Below are positions 55,661-64,000 of a stretch of 64,000 bases of DNA, in pieces. A model generated the notes under the pieces. That model was not told the DNA's origin. It ran no database searches and worked only from the letters and a program-made list of their open reading frames with translations. The DNA comes from an uncultured virus (IMG/VR IMGVR_UViG_3300044956_001223) (Duplodnaviria; Heunggongvirae; Uroviricota; Caudoviricetes), in the IMG/VR virus record IMGVR_UViG_3300044956_001223; one strand, written 5' to 3'. The first letter of the stretch is position 1. Each line of letters begins with the position of its first letter. Position numbers and translations under genes: made by a program.

Positions 55661-55982
55661 ATCTTATAAATTCTAGCACATTTTTTGGTTTTTGGCAAAC
55701 TTTTTTATCTTCTAAAACTTTAATTTTATTTAATTTAAATTTAATTCTTTTTATATCTAATTGTTCTTTTTTCTTTTCTATCGCTAGAAAATTTTCTCCA
55801 TCCTTCGTTAAGAACCAAGCTAAACTTGGTAAGTTTATAACTTTTAAACTATTCCAAAATATATATTCTGGATAATTTTTGATTAATTTTTGAGCTATCT
55901 TTATTTCTCTAGGCCAATCAATGTTTTTGGTAATAAATTTCTTAACTATAAATTGACATAATTTATGGTTCGTAATTTTCAA
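55644..55982 (-). CDS. Hypothetical protein
   Basis: 112-aa basic ORF overlapping both neighbours. Confidence 0.55.
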   Translation of the reverse strand: MKITNHKLCQFIVKKFITKNIDWPREIKIAQKLIKNYPEYIFWNSLKVINLPSLAWFLTKDGENFLAIEKKKEQLDIKRIKFKLNKIKVLEDKKVCQKPKNVLEFIRYGKKT

Positions 55983-57015
55983 TATCTGATATTACCATTC
56001 TTTCAATTAATTTGTCAAATGAAACTTTTGGTAGCCAGCCCAAATCTTTTTTGGCTTGGGTTGCATCTCCTAGTAGTAAATCTACTTCTGCTGGTCTATA
56101 AAATTTAGGATTTGTTTTCATTAATATATCGTGCATGCCATCTTTATTTTCTATACAAAAAATTTCGCCCGCGTCTCCGTCATCAACATATACCCATTTG
56201 CCATTAATTCCAGCTTTTGAAAAAGCTTTTTCCACAAATTCTCTTACCGTATGTGTTTCTCCAGAAGATAGAATATATTCTTTAGGTTTTTCTTGATTTA
56301 GCATTAACCATATTCCTTTCACAAAATCTTCTGCATGACTCCAATCTCTTTTTGCGTCCAAATTTCCTAATTCAAGTGGTTCGAATTTTAAATTATTATC
56401 TATAGCAAATTTTATTCTTGCTACATTTCTTGTAATTTTTCTTGTTACAAATTCCTCTCCCCTTCTTTCACTTTCATGATTATAAAGTATCGAATGGATG
56501 GCAAAAAGATTATAAGATTCTCTATAAACTTTAGTGATATGCCTTGCTGCTGCTTTCGCCGCACCATAAGGACTTCTTGGCCTAATGGGATGTTCAAGAT
56601 TTTGCGGGCTATATAAAACATCTCCCATTTCTTCACTAGATCCAGCAGAATAGAATCTACATTTTGGAGCATATTTTCTTATAGCTTCTAAACATCTTAA
56701 AACTCCTAACGCCGTAGCATCAAATGTTTGAAGAGGAATTTGCCAGCTGCTTCCGACAAATGATTGGGCTGCAAAATTAATAAAATAATCTGGTTTTATT
56801 TCTTTTACTATTTCATCTATAGAATTACTATCTGAAAGATCTGCCGTAATAAATTTAAATCTTGGGTTTTCTATATTACGTTTTACATTTATTAAATTTG
56901 GATTTGAAGATCTGCGTCTAACTCCATAAATCATATAATTCGTATTCTTTAACAAAAAATCTACCATGTAAGATCCATCTTGCCCTGTTACTCCAGTTAT
57001 GATTATTTTTTTCAT
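55963..57015 (-). CDS. gmd: GDP-mannose 4,6-dehydratase
   Basis: ITGVTGQDGSY, AAQSFV, PRSPYGAAK, NHESERRG, FVTRKI, LGNLDAKRDW, RPAEVD. Confidence 0.95.
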   Translation of the reverse strand: MKKIIITGVTGQDGSYMVDFLLKNTNYMIYGVRRRSSNPNLINVKRNIENPRFKFITADLSDSNSIDEIVKEIKPDYFINFAAQSFVGSSWQIPLQTFDATALGVLRCLEAIRKYAPKCRFYSAGSSEEMGDVLYSPQNLEHPIRPRSPYGAAKAAARHITKVYRESYNLFAIHSILYNHESERRGEEFVTRKITRNVARIKFAIDNNLKFEPLELGNLDAKRDWSHAEDFVKGIWLMLNQEKPKEYILSSGETHTVREFVEKAFSKAGINGKWVYVDDGDAGEIFCIENKDGMHDILMKTNPKFYRPAEVDLLLGDATQAKKDLGWLPKVSFDKLIERMVISDIENYEP

Positions 57016-58175
57016 AATTTATTTAATTCCTTTACAAAGTCTATTATACGCTTTTCTTTAAGATCAGAATATAAACCTACATAAAAACCATAATTATGTA
57101 AATATATAGAATTTTTATATTTATTATGATTTTTTATAAATTTCTTATAACATGTTTGATATCCAAGAAAGCCAGAAATAATTGGTCTATACTCGATGCC
57201 TTTTTGTTTGCATAAATTAAATGCTTTTTCGTATAAAGATTTATTTTGATTTTTGACTATAATAGGTAAGCAAAAAGCTACATCTTGGCAATGTTGTCTT
57301 TCTGATGGTAGATAAAATTTATTTTTATCTAATAATGATTTATATAAATTATATAGGCTAATTCTTTTTTCTTTATATATATTTATTCTATTAATATCTA
57401 GTAACCCAATAAAAGCATTTAAATCTGTATTCCTGAAATTATTTCCTAAGTTATAAAAATCAAATAATTTATCAACATTTTTATTAATATAGTTCGTGTC
57501 GTCTAATTCATAGGATTTTAAACTTCTTGTCATTCCGTGATTTCTTTGCATTAAGAAATATTCATACTCTTTCAATGAATTAGTAAAAATGAATCCTCCT
57601 TCAATAGATTGAATTTGATGACCAAAATATGATGAAGTAGTAGATGTAAAATATGAAGAAATATTTTTGTTTTTGAAGTCTCCTAAAGTATTTTCACAAT
57701 TATCAAACATAACTTTTATGTTATATTTATTTTCTAATTCTAAATAAAAATCTATGTCTGGACAAAACCCAATTAAAGAAGTTGGAAAAATACAGGCTAT
57801 TTTTTTATGATTTTTTTCTACAAATTTTAATAATTCTTTTTTATTAATTGAGAAATCATCTAAAGAAATATCTATAAAATGCGGCATAAATCCTTCTCTT
57901 ATCCATGGAGAACATGAGGTCTGCCATGTTGTTGATGGAAAAACTACTATGTTTTTATTTATTGTATCTTTAATATATTGACTTAATATTGTATTTGCTG
58001 TTGATCCGTTAGAAACAAAAACCGCATATTTAGAATTTACAAAATTTGCCATAGCTTTTTCTATCTTTTTTACTTGAACATCTTGTGTCCATCTATTTTT
58101 AGGATTTAATATAAATTGACATATTTTTAATCTGTCAAGGAATGTAAAATTATTTATATTTAGAGGCCAATTCAT
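57012..58175 (-). CDS. DegT/DnrJ/EryC1/StrS-fold PLP enzyme, ColD-like (probable 3-dehydratase)
   Basis: VSNGSTAN, DNCE, SSYFGHQIQSIEGG with His at the usual catalytic Lys position; adjacent to gmd. Confidence 0.75.
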   Translation of the reverse strand: MNWPLNINNFTFLDRLKICQFILNPKNRWTQDVQVKKIEKAMANFVNSKYAVFVSNGSTANTILSQYIKDTINKNIVVFPSTTWQTSCSPWIREGFMPHFIDISLDDFSINKKELLKFVEKNHKKIACIFPTSLIGFCPDIDFYLELENKYNIKVMFDNCENTLGDFKNKNISSYFTSTTSSYFGHQIQSIEGGFIFTNSLKEYEYFLMQRNHGMTRSLKSYELDDTNYINKNVDKLFDFYNLGNNFRNTDLNAFIGLLDINRINIYKEKRISLYNLYKSLLDKNKFYLPSERQHCQDVAFCLPIIVKNQNKSLYEKAFNLCKQKGIEYRPIISGFLGYQTCYKKFIKNHNKYKNSIYLHNYGFYVGLYSDLKEKRIIDFVKELNKL

Positions 58176-58457
58176 TGTGGTATTAAAATTAAATTTTGCG
58201 CCCTTTGATGGAATTCATCTGGTCCTGTTTTTTGAAAATTATCATCTCTGATTGAATTATAGTTTATTTGATTAATTATATCAAATATATTCTCTCCAAC
58301 TAATTTTGCTAAAACCAGGGTAGTGTCTCCTACAGCTGCCCCGATATCTATAGCCCAATAATTATCTTTTACATATTTAGAAAAATATGTTATAAAAATT
58401 TGTTAATTCATTTAAATAACTTCCATGTATTGGATGATAAAAATTAATATCAATCAT
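58172..58457 (-). pseudogene. FkbM-type methyltransferase remnant (frameshift plus internal deletion)
   Basis: Frame 1 MIDINFYHPIHGSYLNELT...*; shifted frame FSKYVKDNYWAIDIGAAVGDTTLVLAKLVGEN then directly IFDIINQINY...NLILIPQ*. Confidence 0.7.
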
Positions 58458-59490
58458 ATTTTTGTAATATTTTAAATAAATTTTTCGCTGTATATCTCCA
58501 TTTCCAATTGTTGATAATTGGTAGCCTTGTGTTTATCTTAGAATAAAAATCCCAATTTAAATATACTTTAGCTAAAAGATTTGCATATTCCTCGACATTA
58601 AAATCATAAAATCTAGGCTCTTCTGAATACCCAAATTCACCGTAACAATTTAATAACCCCCAATAATTTATTAATTCATTTAATTTTTCGCTTATATTTA
58701 TTTCCTGTGATGGTTTTAATAATATTCCATAATCATTATTTATTAATACATTAGTTGGTGCAAAATCTCCTGTAACGCACAAACAGTTACATGCAGACAT
58801 TTCATGCAAAGGGAATCCCCATGATGTCATTCTTAATATATTTAATCCAACATGTGATCTAGAATATAAATCTCTTACTTCTTGTTTGGTGGATCTATTA
58901 GTTATATATTCTATATTAGAGCCTTTATCTTTTAATTCTTGAATTCTTGATTTAAGTATATCTACATTAGTATTTGTATCTTTTACTATTAGTCTTACAT
59001 TTTTATTATTCTGAAATGCTAAATGAAAAGCTTGTAATGTCAAATCTAGTCCAGATCTTACATTGCTGCTATTTATATGAATAAATGTAAATATTTGATC
59101 TTTAGGTAAAGTTTGATGCCAAAAATTAGTATCGCAACCGCAATGAAGAGTTTTGCATTGTATCCCTTCCTTTAAATATAGATTAGTTATTTGATCGCTC
59201 ATACCAAAAAGAATCTTATTTTTGTCTTTTAGCATTTGGATATGGAAATCTGTTAGTTTATTTATTGTTTCCCAAACTGTTATATAAAAAGATTGCTTAT
59301 CTTTATATTGTTGATGAAAGTTGAGACTTGATGCAAACCCTATATATTTTGCTAAATCTGGTTCAGAATATAATCCAAGTTCTTTCAAGCCTTCATTAAT
59401 TCCATAATTAATAACAGAAAAGGAACCATGATTATCTTTAAATGTAGGATCAGAATAATATCTTGGATCTTCTTCGAATAAATGTATCAT
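58450..59490 (-). CDS. GT4-like (GT-B) glycosyltransferase
   Basis: WET, GCDT.FW, RSGLD..LQAF, SWGFPLHEMSAC, WKW...A. Confidence 0.8.
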   Translation of the reverse strand: MIHLFEEDPRYYSDPTFKDNHGSFSVINYGINEGLKELGLYSEPDLAKYIGFASSLNFHQQYKDKQSFYITVWETINKLTDFHIQMLKDKNKILFGMSDQITNLYLKEGIQCKTLHCGCDTNFWHQTLPKDQIFTFIHINSSNVRSGLDLTLQAFHLAFQNNKNVRLIVKDTNTNVDILKSRIQELKDKGSNIEYITNRSTKQEVRDLYSRSHVGLNILRMTSWGFPLHEMSACNCLCVTGDFAPTNVLINNDYGILLKPSQEINISEKLNELINYWGLLNCYGEFGYSEEPRFYDFNVEEYANLLAKVYLNWDFYSKINTRLPIINNWKWRYTAKNLFKILQKYD

Positions 59491-60506
59491 TTGATTATAT
59501 TATTAACTATAGTATATAGATTAGCCGCACTTTTCTCCCAAGTAAATTTTTGCGCAGAATTTGATCCATAAATACTTATTTTTTCTCTTAAAGAATCGTC
59601 TTCTAAAATCTTTCTCATAGCCTGTCTAACGCTTTCCTTTTTTGCTATTGCCCAATAAGGTTGTTTAGGATGCATAGATGGATTAAATAAATGATTTCTT
59701 ATACCAATGCTATTCAAATAATTTATATCTGATTCTTGAAATGGCTCTAAATTAAAATCTACATTTATTGCGGAAAAATTATTCATTGTATAGTCTCTCG
59801 GCCCTGCATATGGAATAACGATCAAGGGTGTGCCTGTGCTCATACATTCAATTGTTCTTAAATTCCATGTACTAGTTTTATTTAAACATATCGCCGCATC
59901 TGCGTTGTAATATATTTGTTTTTCATCTTCAAAGTTTTCTAAATGTCTATCATCATGAATAATTTCAACATTATATTCTATGCTTTTTGTTCTTACCCAA
60001 GATTTAAAGATTTCGCTCGCTTCTCTATCTCTTAAGTACAAAGCTATAGATTTTGTATTTTTAAATTCTTCGCAAAAATTTTCAACAATTAACTCTAATC
60101 CTCCTCGTGAATTTGATTCTCCAATTCCTAGTAGAATAAACTTTTTCTTTTTGTTCTTTTTTCTATATTCCCATACTTTAGAATCAACTCCCAATGGAAA
60201 GTAATCGCACAATTCATTTGGATATCCTGCCTCTAGAATAAAATTTAAATTATCTCTTGATACTCCTAGTATAGGTTTTGGATAAACGTTATTAAATATG
60301 AAATGTGGGAATATTAATTCATAAACAATAATCATAGCATCAGGATTATAGCCATGCTTATTACCTATACAGTCATATATTATTTTATATCCCTCTTCTG
60401 AGTAGATGCCTAATTTTTTTGCAGCATTATTTAAATTAGAAATAATTATGTTACTACTTCTAAAAGGTTTATTATTTGGATCACCAAGGACTATTATTTT
60501 TTTCAT
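59487..60506 (-). CDS. GT4-like (GT-B) glycosyltransferase, paralog of 58450-59490
   Basis: PLGVD..VW, RGGLE, TWNLRTIECMSTGTPLI, FTWEKSA. Confidence 0.8.
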   Translation of the reverse strand: MKKIIVLGDPNNKPFRSSNIIISNLNNAAKKLGIYSEEGYKIIYDCIGNKHGYNPDAMIIVYELIFPHFIFNNVYPKPILGVSRDNLNFILEAGYPNELCDYFPLGVDSKVWEYRKKNKKKKFILLGIGESNSRGGLELIVENFCEEFKNTKSIALYLRDREASEIFKSWVRTKSIEYNVEIIHDDRHLENFEDEKQIYYNADAAICLNKTSTWNLRTIECMSTGTPLIVIPYAGPRDYTMNNFSAINVDFNLEPFQESDINYLNSIGIRNHLFNPSMHPKQPYWAIAKKESVRQAMRKILEDDSLREKISIYGSNSAQKFTWEKSAANLYTIVNNIIK

Positions 60507-60672
60507 TTTATATTTTTTAAATTGTCATCGTCTCCTTTAAAAGATTTAATATTAACAAATCTTTTTTTTGAAATAGGTAAGATTAATTGATTGATTAAGA
60601 TGATTTATTGTTATCTTATAATCAGATGTTCTTTCATATCTAGAATTGGTAGAAATAAAGACGCATAAATCT

Positions 60673-61605
60673 TCATGTTAAATTATTTCTTGGGTTTTCT
60701 TTTAGATATTTATTATTCCATGTTGGTGAACACACAAATGTTTGACCTTCTGGGACAATCATTCCATTTACTCCACCACCACAAATATGTTCTGATATGC
60801 TATAATCACATATGCTTAAAAATGGAAAATTTTTAGATATATCTATGTTATTTAATTCTAGGTTCATTTCTCCGTATTTTGATACTGTACTACTCATCCA
60901 ACCATCTGAGGCGTTTTTTCTTGTATCATGTGATATGTTTTTATTAAAAGCTCTATCCATTCTCCTCCAAAAATCATTATATTCTATTTTTTTAGATTGT
61001 TCAAGATTTTTTATTACCTGTTTAAATTTTTTCCAATATAATATTGTACATCCACAAGAGTTGCTTACTCCTTGGACTTTAATTTTACCAGATTTTGTTT
61101 CAAGATCGAACGGTATATAAAGGCTATTTCTTGATTTCAAATCTTCCCCAAAGCACTCTTTCATTATTTCTGGAAATGTTTCGTGCGTCTTTTTTCTATC
61201 ATACATATCTGGATGATCTGTTCCAGCTATCGCTAAAGTATTTTCTGAAGCCTCAAAAACATCTACACAATCTTTAAGCCAATCTTTTCTCCAAACATAA
61301 TCTGATTCTAAAATGCATGCTATATCTAGCTCATCATTTTGACGCATCAAGTTATAAAGCCTTTCAAAAGAATAACCTATACCATAATTTTTGCCATGTA
61401 AAAGTAAATTAATAGGAAATTTATCGGAATATTTTAATGAAAAATCTAATAATGCATTTTTCATATTTGGTAAAGATCCATCATCTATAACCCAAACTTC
61501 ATTGGGCTTAATATTTGTATTATTTAAAGCTGAATAAATAGATTCTCCTAAGATTTTTGGTCTATTATAAGTTAAAAAATAGAAAGCTATATTTAAATTT
61601 TCCAT
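60673..61605 (-). CDS. GT2-like (GT-A) glycosyltransferase
   Basis: LTYNRP, VWVIDDGS, LESDY. Confidence 0.75.
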   Translation of the reverse strand: MENLNIAFYFLTYNRPKILGESIYSALNNTNIKPNEVWVIDDGSLPNMKNALLDFSLKYSDKFPINLLLHGKNYGIGYSFERLYNLMRQNDELDIACILESDYVWRKDWLKDCVDVFEASENTLAIAGTDHPDMYDRKKTHETFPEIMKECFGEDLKSRNSLYIPFDLETKSGKIKVQGVSNSCGCTILYWKKFKQVIKNLEQSKKIEYNDFWRRMDRAFNKNISHDTRKNASDGWMSSTVSKYGEMNLELNNIDISKNFPFLSICDYSISEHICGGGVNGMIVPEGQTFVCSPTWNNKYLKENPRNNLT

Positions 61606-61606
61606 A

Positions 61607-62590
61607 TTAATTATTATATATATCTTGAAGAGATTTTACAACTAATTCAACCATCTTATCTTCTGAGTGATTTAATGCTAAATTATAACAATTTTCTTGT
61701 TTAATTGCGTGAAGATTATTCCAAGAATTTATAAAATCTTCTTCATTTTTAATAAAAAATCCATTTATTCCATGTTTTATATAATTTTTCCACCCTCCAA
61801 TTTCAGAAGCCATTATTGGTACTCCATAACTTCCAGCTTCTTTTCCTGTTAAGGTCGCGGAGATTGGATAAGTTTGAATTTGTACATTTGCTTTAGCTTT
61901 TTTAAAAAAATCTCTTTTTAATTCTTGAGAAATAGAGCCTAAATAAAAACTATTTTGATTGTTGATAAATTCTAATAATGGATATCCCGAAACTATTGGA
62001 CCAGAAAAATAAATATTAATTTTATATTTATTACATAATTGAGCAAGTTGTATTGATTGATATTCATTACAATGTCTTGAGCATTGAAAAATAAAATCTT
62101 CTTTTTTATATTCTTGAAACTTTTCAAATCTAGGCCCAATCACTATCTTATATATTTTTGCAAATTCTGAATATTTTGCCGCCTGAACTTCTGGATCAAA
62201 CAATAAAATATTCTTTGTTTTTGGATGCACTGTCTCTGCCCAACCAACCGGCCACACGGCTTGTTTTTGACTTTTGCAATTTTCTAAATTTAAAAAAACG
62301 TCGGCATGGTGATGAAAAAATATATCATATTCGTCTGCATTTTTTATATAATTTTTTAGTGGTAAACCAGACTTAATTGCTCTCCTAGAGTTTAAGTCTA
62401 AACCTAAACATTGATTTTTTTTATTAAAATCTATATTATCGAATGATTTAATGTTAGAGTATATAAAAAAATCTTTTAATTTATCTAAAAGACTTGCAGC
62501 GATAATTCTTCCTCCTCCATATTTATTTGGAGTTAGTGAATAATCTTCTATGAAATCATCTTCATTTAAATCTAAATAAGCTATTTTCAT
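61607..62590 (-). CDS. GT4-like glycosyltransferase
   Basis: YGGG near N-terminus, YLGSI, EAGSYGVPIMA, IKHGINGF. Confidence 0.7.
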   Translation of the reverse strand: MKIAYLDLNEDDFIEDYSLTPNKYGGGRIIAASLLDKLKDFFIYSNIKSFDNIDFNKKNQCLGLDLNSRRAIKSGLPLKNYIKNADEYDIFFHHHADVFLNLENCKSQKQAVWPVGWAETVHPKTKNILLFDPEVQAAKYSEFAKIYKIVIGPRFEKFQEYKKEDFIFQCSRHCNEYQSIQLAQLCNKYKINIYFSGPIVSGYPLLEFINNQNSFYLGSISQELKRDFFKKAKANVQIQTYPISATLTGKEAGSYGVPIMASEIGGWKNYIKHGINGFFIKNEEDFINSWNNLHAIKQENCYNLALNHSEDKMVELVVKSLQDIYNN

Positions 62591-63234
62591 TTTATTTGTT
62601 TTTTAGATAGATCCATAATAATATTATTTGGATTTTCTTTTAGATAATATAAATTTTCTATATTTTTAATATTGAACTCATTTATATATTTTATATTAAT
62701 AAACCAATCTTCCAGATATTTTTTGCCATCATAAACTAAGCCTACATCTTCAGCTAGAATTTTATAATCTTTTAAAATTTCATTTTTAAAAAAATTCGTT
62801 AATGCTGGTTTTTGAAATTTTCCTACTTCTGTATTATACAAATCATGTTCAATTGTTATAATTTTAAAATCATACTCTCGCCAAGGAAGAAAGCTTAATA
62901 TTTGTACATTTGAAATTTGTGAATACCAAGGATCAATATCAACCGAAAGATAATCTATCGCCTTGGGTGTGTTAAAATATCTAAACATATTTCTATAATC
63001 AATTGCATATGCATCACCTTGAATAACTATAGAGTTTTTCCTAAATTTTTTTGCATGATCGCAATATTTTTTTTCATATTCTAATAAAATACCTTTCCAC
63101 CCTAATTCTTCTAGCCAAGCAGTATTCGTTTGACATGGAAGAGTTTCTCCGTCGCCCGCGCCAATATCTAAAAAAAAACCATTTTTATTTGGAAGCAGTA
63201 AATTTACAAATAAATCTTGTTGTGAAATAGCCAT
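62587..63234 (-). CDS. FkbM/Methyltransf_21-like SAM-dependent methyltransferase
   Basis: QDLFV, GFFLDIGAGDG, NT..LEE.GWKGILLE, IDYLSVDID, ITIEHD, EDWF. Confidence 0.85.
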   Translation of the reverse strand: MAISQQDLFVNLLLPNKNGFFLDIGAGDGETLPCQTNTAWLEELGWKGILLEYEKKYCDHAKKFRKNSIVIQGDAYAIDYRNMFRYFNTPKAIDYLSVDIDPWYSQISNVQILSFLPWREYDFKIITIEHDLYNTEVGKFQKPALTNFFKNEILKDYKILAEDVGLVYDGKKYLEDWFINIKYINEFNIKNIENLYYLKENPNNIIMDLSKKQIK

Positions 63235-63237
63235 ATA

Positions 63238-63999
63238 TTAGCCATTATGCCCTATGACCTCAAATTTTGGTAAAGGAAAAATAAATTTTATTCCTTGAAC
63301 AAGAGCTTCCTTTTCTCTATTTAATATTTCCCTTTTAAAATGCCAAGGTCCGACTAAATAATAATCAGGATCTAATTCTCTGCTGTGCTTCTCTGAGACA
63401 ATTTCTATCCCACTTAAAGTTTTTGAACCAAATTTTTCCTCACTTCTTTCGGCTGCATATTGGATGTATTTTAATATATCATCACCAAAACAATAACCCA
63501 ATAATGTATTTACTTTAGTAGATGCACCATAAAGATGAACGGTCTTTTTATTTTTTATTACTTCTTCATTAAAAAATTTAACTAATTCATATTTTTGCGC
63601 TACGATTCTATTTTTAAAATCTTCGTAGATTTTTGATTCGTCTAAAGCTAAGTCAAATTCCTTAAATCTTAAATTCATCAATGCTTTAGTTTTATCTTCG
63701 GAGTCATATTTAAAATTAGATTTTTTAACAGCATAACAACATATGCTTCCTCCGTTTATGTCATTTAATTCAGCGTATATTAATCTTAGTCCAGCCTTTT
63801 CTAATAAATATTCAACTGGCGCAAGATGATAATGCTCTAAATGTTCGCTGCAAAATGTATCGTAACACAAGTTATCTATTATAAATGGTAAATATGCCAT
63901 CTCAAAAATCCAAATTCCATCTTCCGAAAGAAATTTATTTATATTCAAACAGAAATCTAGTGGGTCATCTAGATCATAAAAACATGCGATTGAAGTGAT
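63238..63999 (-). CDS. NDP-sugar C-methyltransferase (5' end beyond the window)
   Basis: Frame stays open to the edge (ITSIACFYDLDDP); YDTFCSEHLEHY, NGGS, YGASTK, PDYYLVGPWHF, FIFPLP. Confidence 0.85.
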   Translation of the reverse strand: MTSIACFYDLDDPLDFCLNINKFLSEDGIWIFEMAYLPFIIDNLCYDTFCSEHLEHYHLAPVEYLLEKAGLRLIYAELNDINGGSICCYAVKKSNFKYDSEDKTKALMNLRFKEFDLALDESKIYEDFKNRIVAQKYELVKFFNEEVIKNKKTVHLYGASTKVNTLLGYCFGDDILKYIQYAAERSEEKFGSKTLSGIEIVSEKHSRELDPDYYLVGPWHFKREILNREKEALVQGIKFIFPLPKFEVIGHNG

Positions 64000-64000
64000 T

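Noticed and set aside
2154..62376. Short shadow ORFs nested in or antisense to long genes (e.g. 2154-2372, 15334-15534, 24551-24793, 46149-46565)
   Set aside because: They overlap well-supported genes and show no recognisable motifs; the poly-Arg in 24551-24793 is just the GGA tract in another frame
1..64000. Stop-codon recoding
   Set aside because: Conserved enzymes are intact and coding density is high under the standard code; the split genes lie in different frames
1..64000. tRNA, rRNA, IS or integrase
   Set aside because: Intergenic gaps are short and AT-rich with no cloverleaf-like sequence, and no transposase or integrase motifs were seen by eye

Overview
AT-rich 64 kb segment of a large dsDNA tailed phage genome, read in the standard genetic code, with two convergent halves. 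The + strand (1-41120) is a virion morphogenesis region: probable neck/tail-completion genes, tail tube, chaperones, a 1642-aa tape measure protein, hub-like proteins and about 25 kb of very large tail-tip/adhesin proteins. These adhesins are built from FG-GAP propellers, RCC1/BLIP-II propellers, LamG, He_PIG, VWA-like and gp38-like domains. No tail sheath gene is visible, which suggests a non-contractile tail. The - strand (41122-64000) is a replication/recombination region (split Pol III alpha with PHP, DEDDh exonuclease and polymerase core on separate genes; DnaB, DnaG, RecA-like, ThyX, PD-(D/E)XK nucleases, a Whirly-like SSB, an SSAP-like protein). It is interleaved with a large glycan cluster (Gmd, ColD-like PLP enzyme, six glycosyltransferase genes, methyltransferases and a decayed FkbM gene). 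Best candidates for new biology: (1) a pervasive [S/T]-G dipeptide imposed on unrelated virion folds, possibly the acceptor motif of a phage-encoded virion glycosylation system; (2) near-identical FG-GAP blades shuffled within and between genes with hypervariable loops; (3) a nuclease-like cargo bracketed by GFIPNFA repeats inside the tape measure protein; (4) a 7-blade RCC1 propeller split over two genes by a gp38-like adhesin gene; (5) a GTGTAA putative late promoter and an AGG-W4-AGG leader element. All family calls come from motif recognition by eye; no database searches were run.
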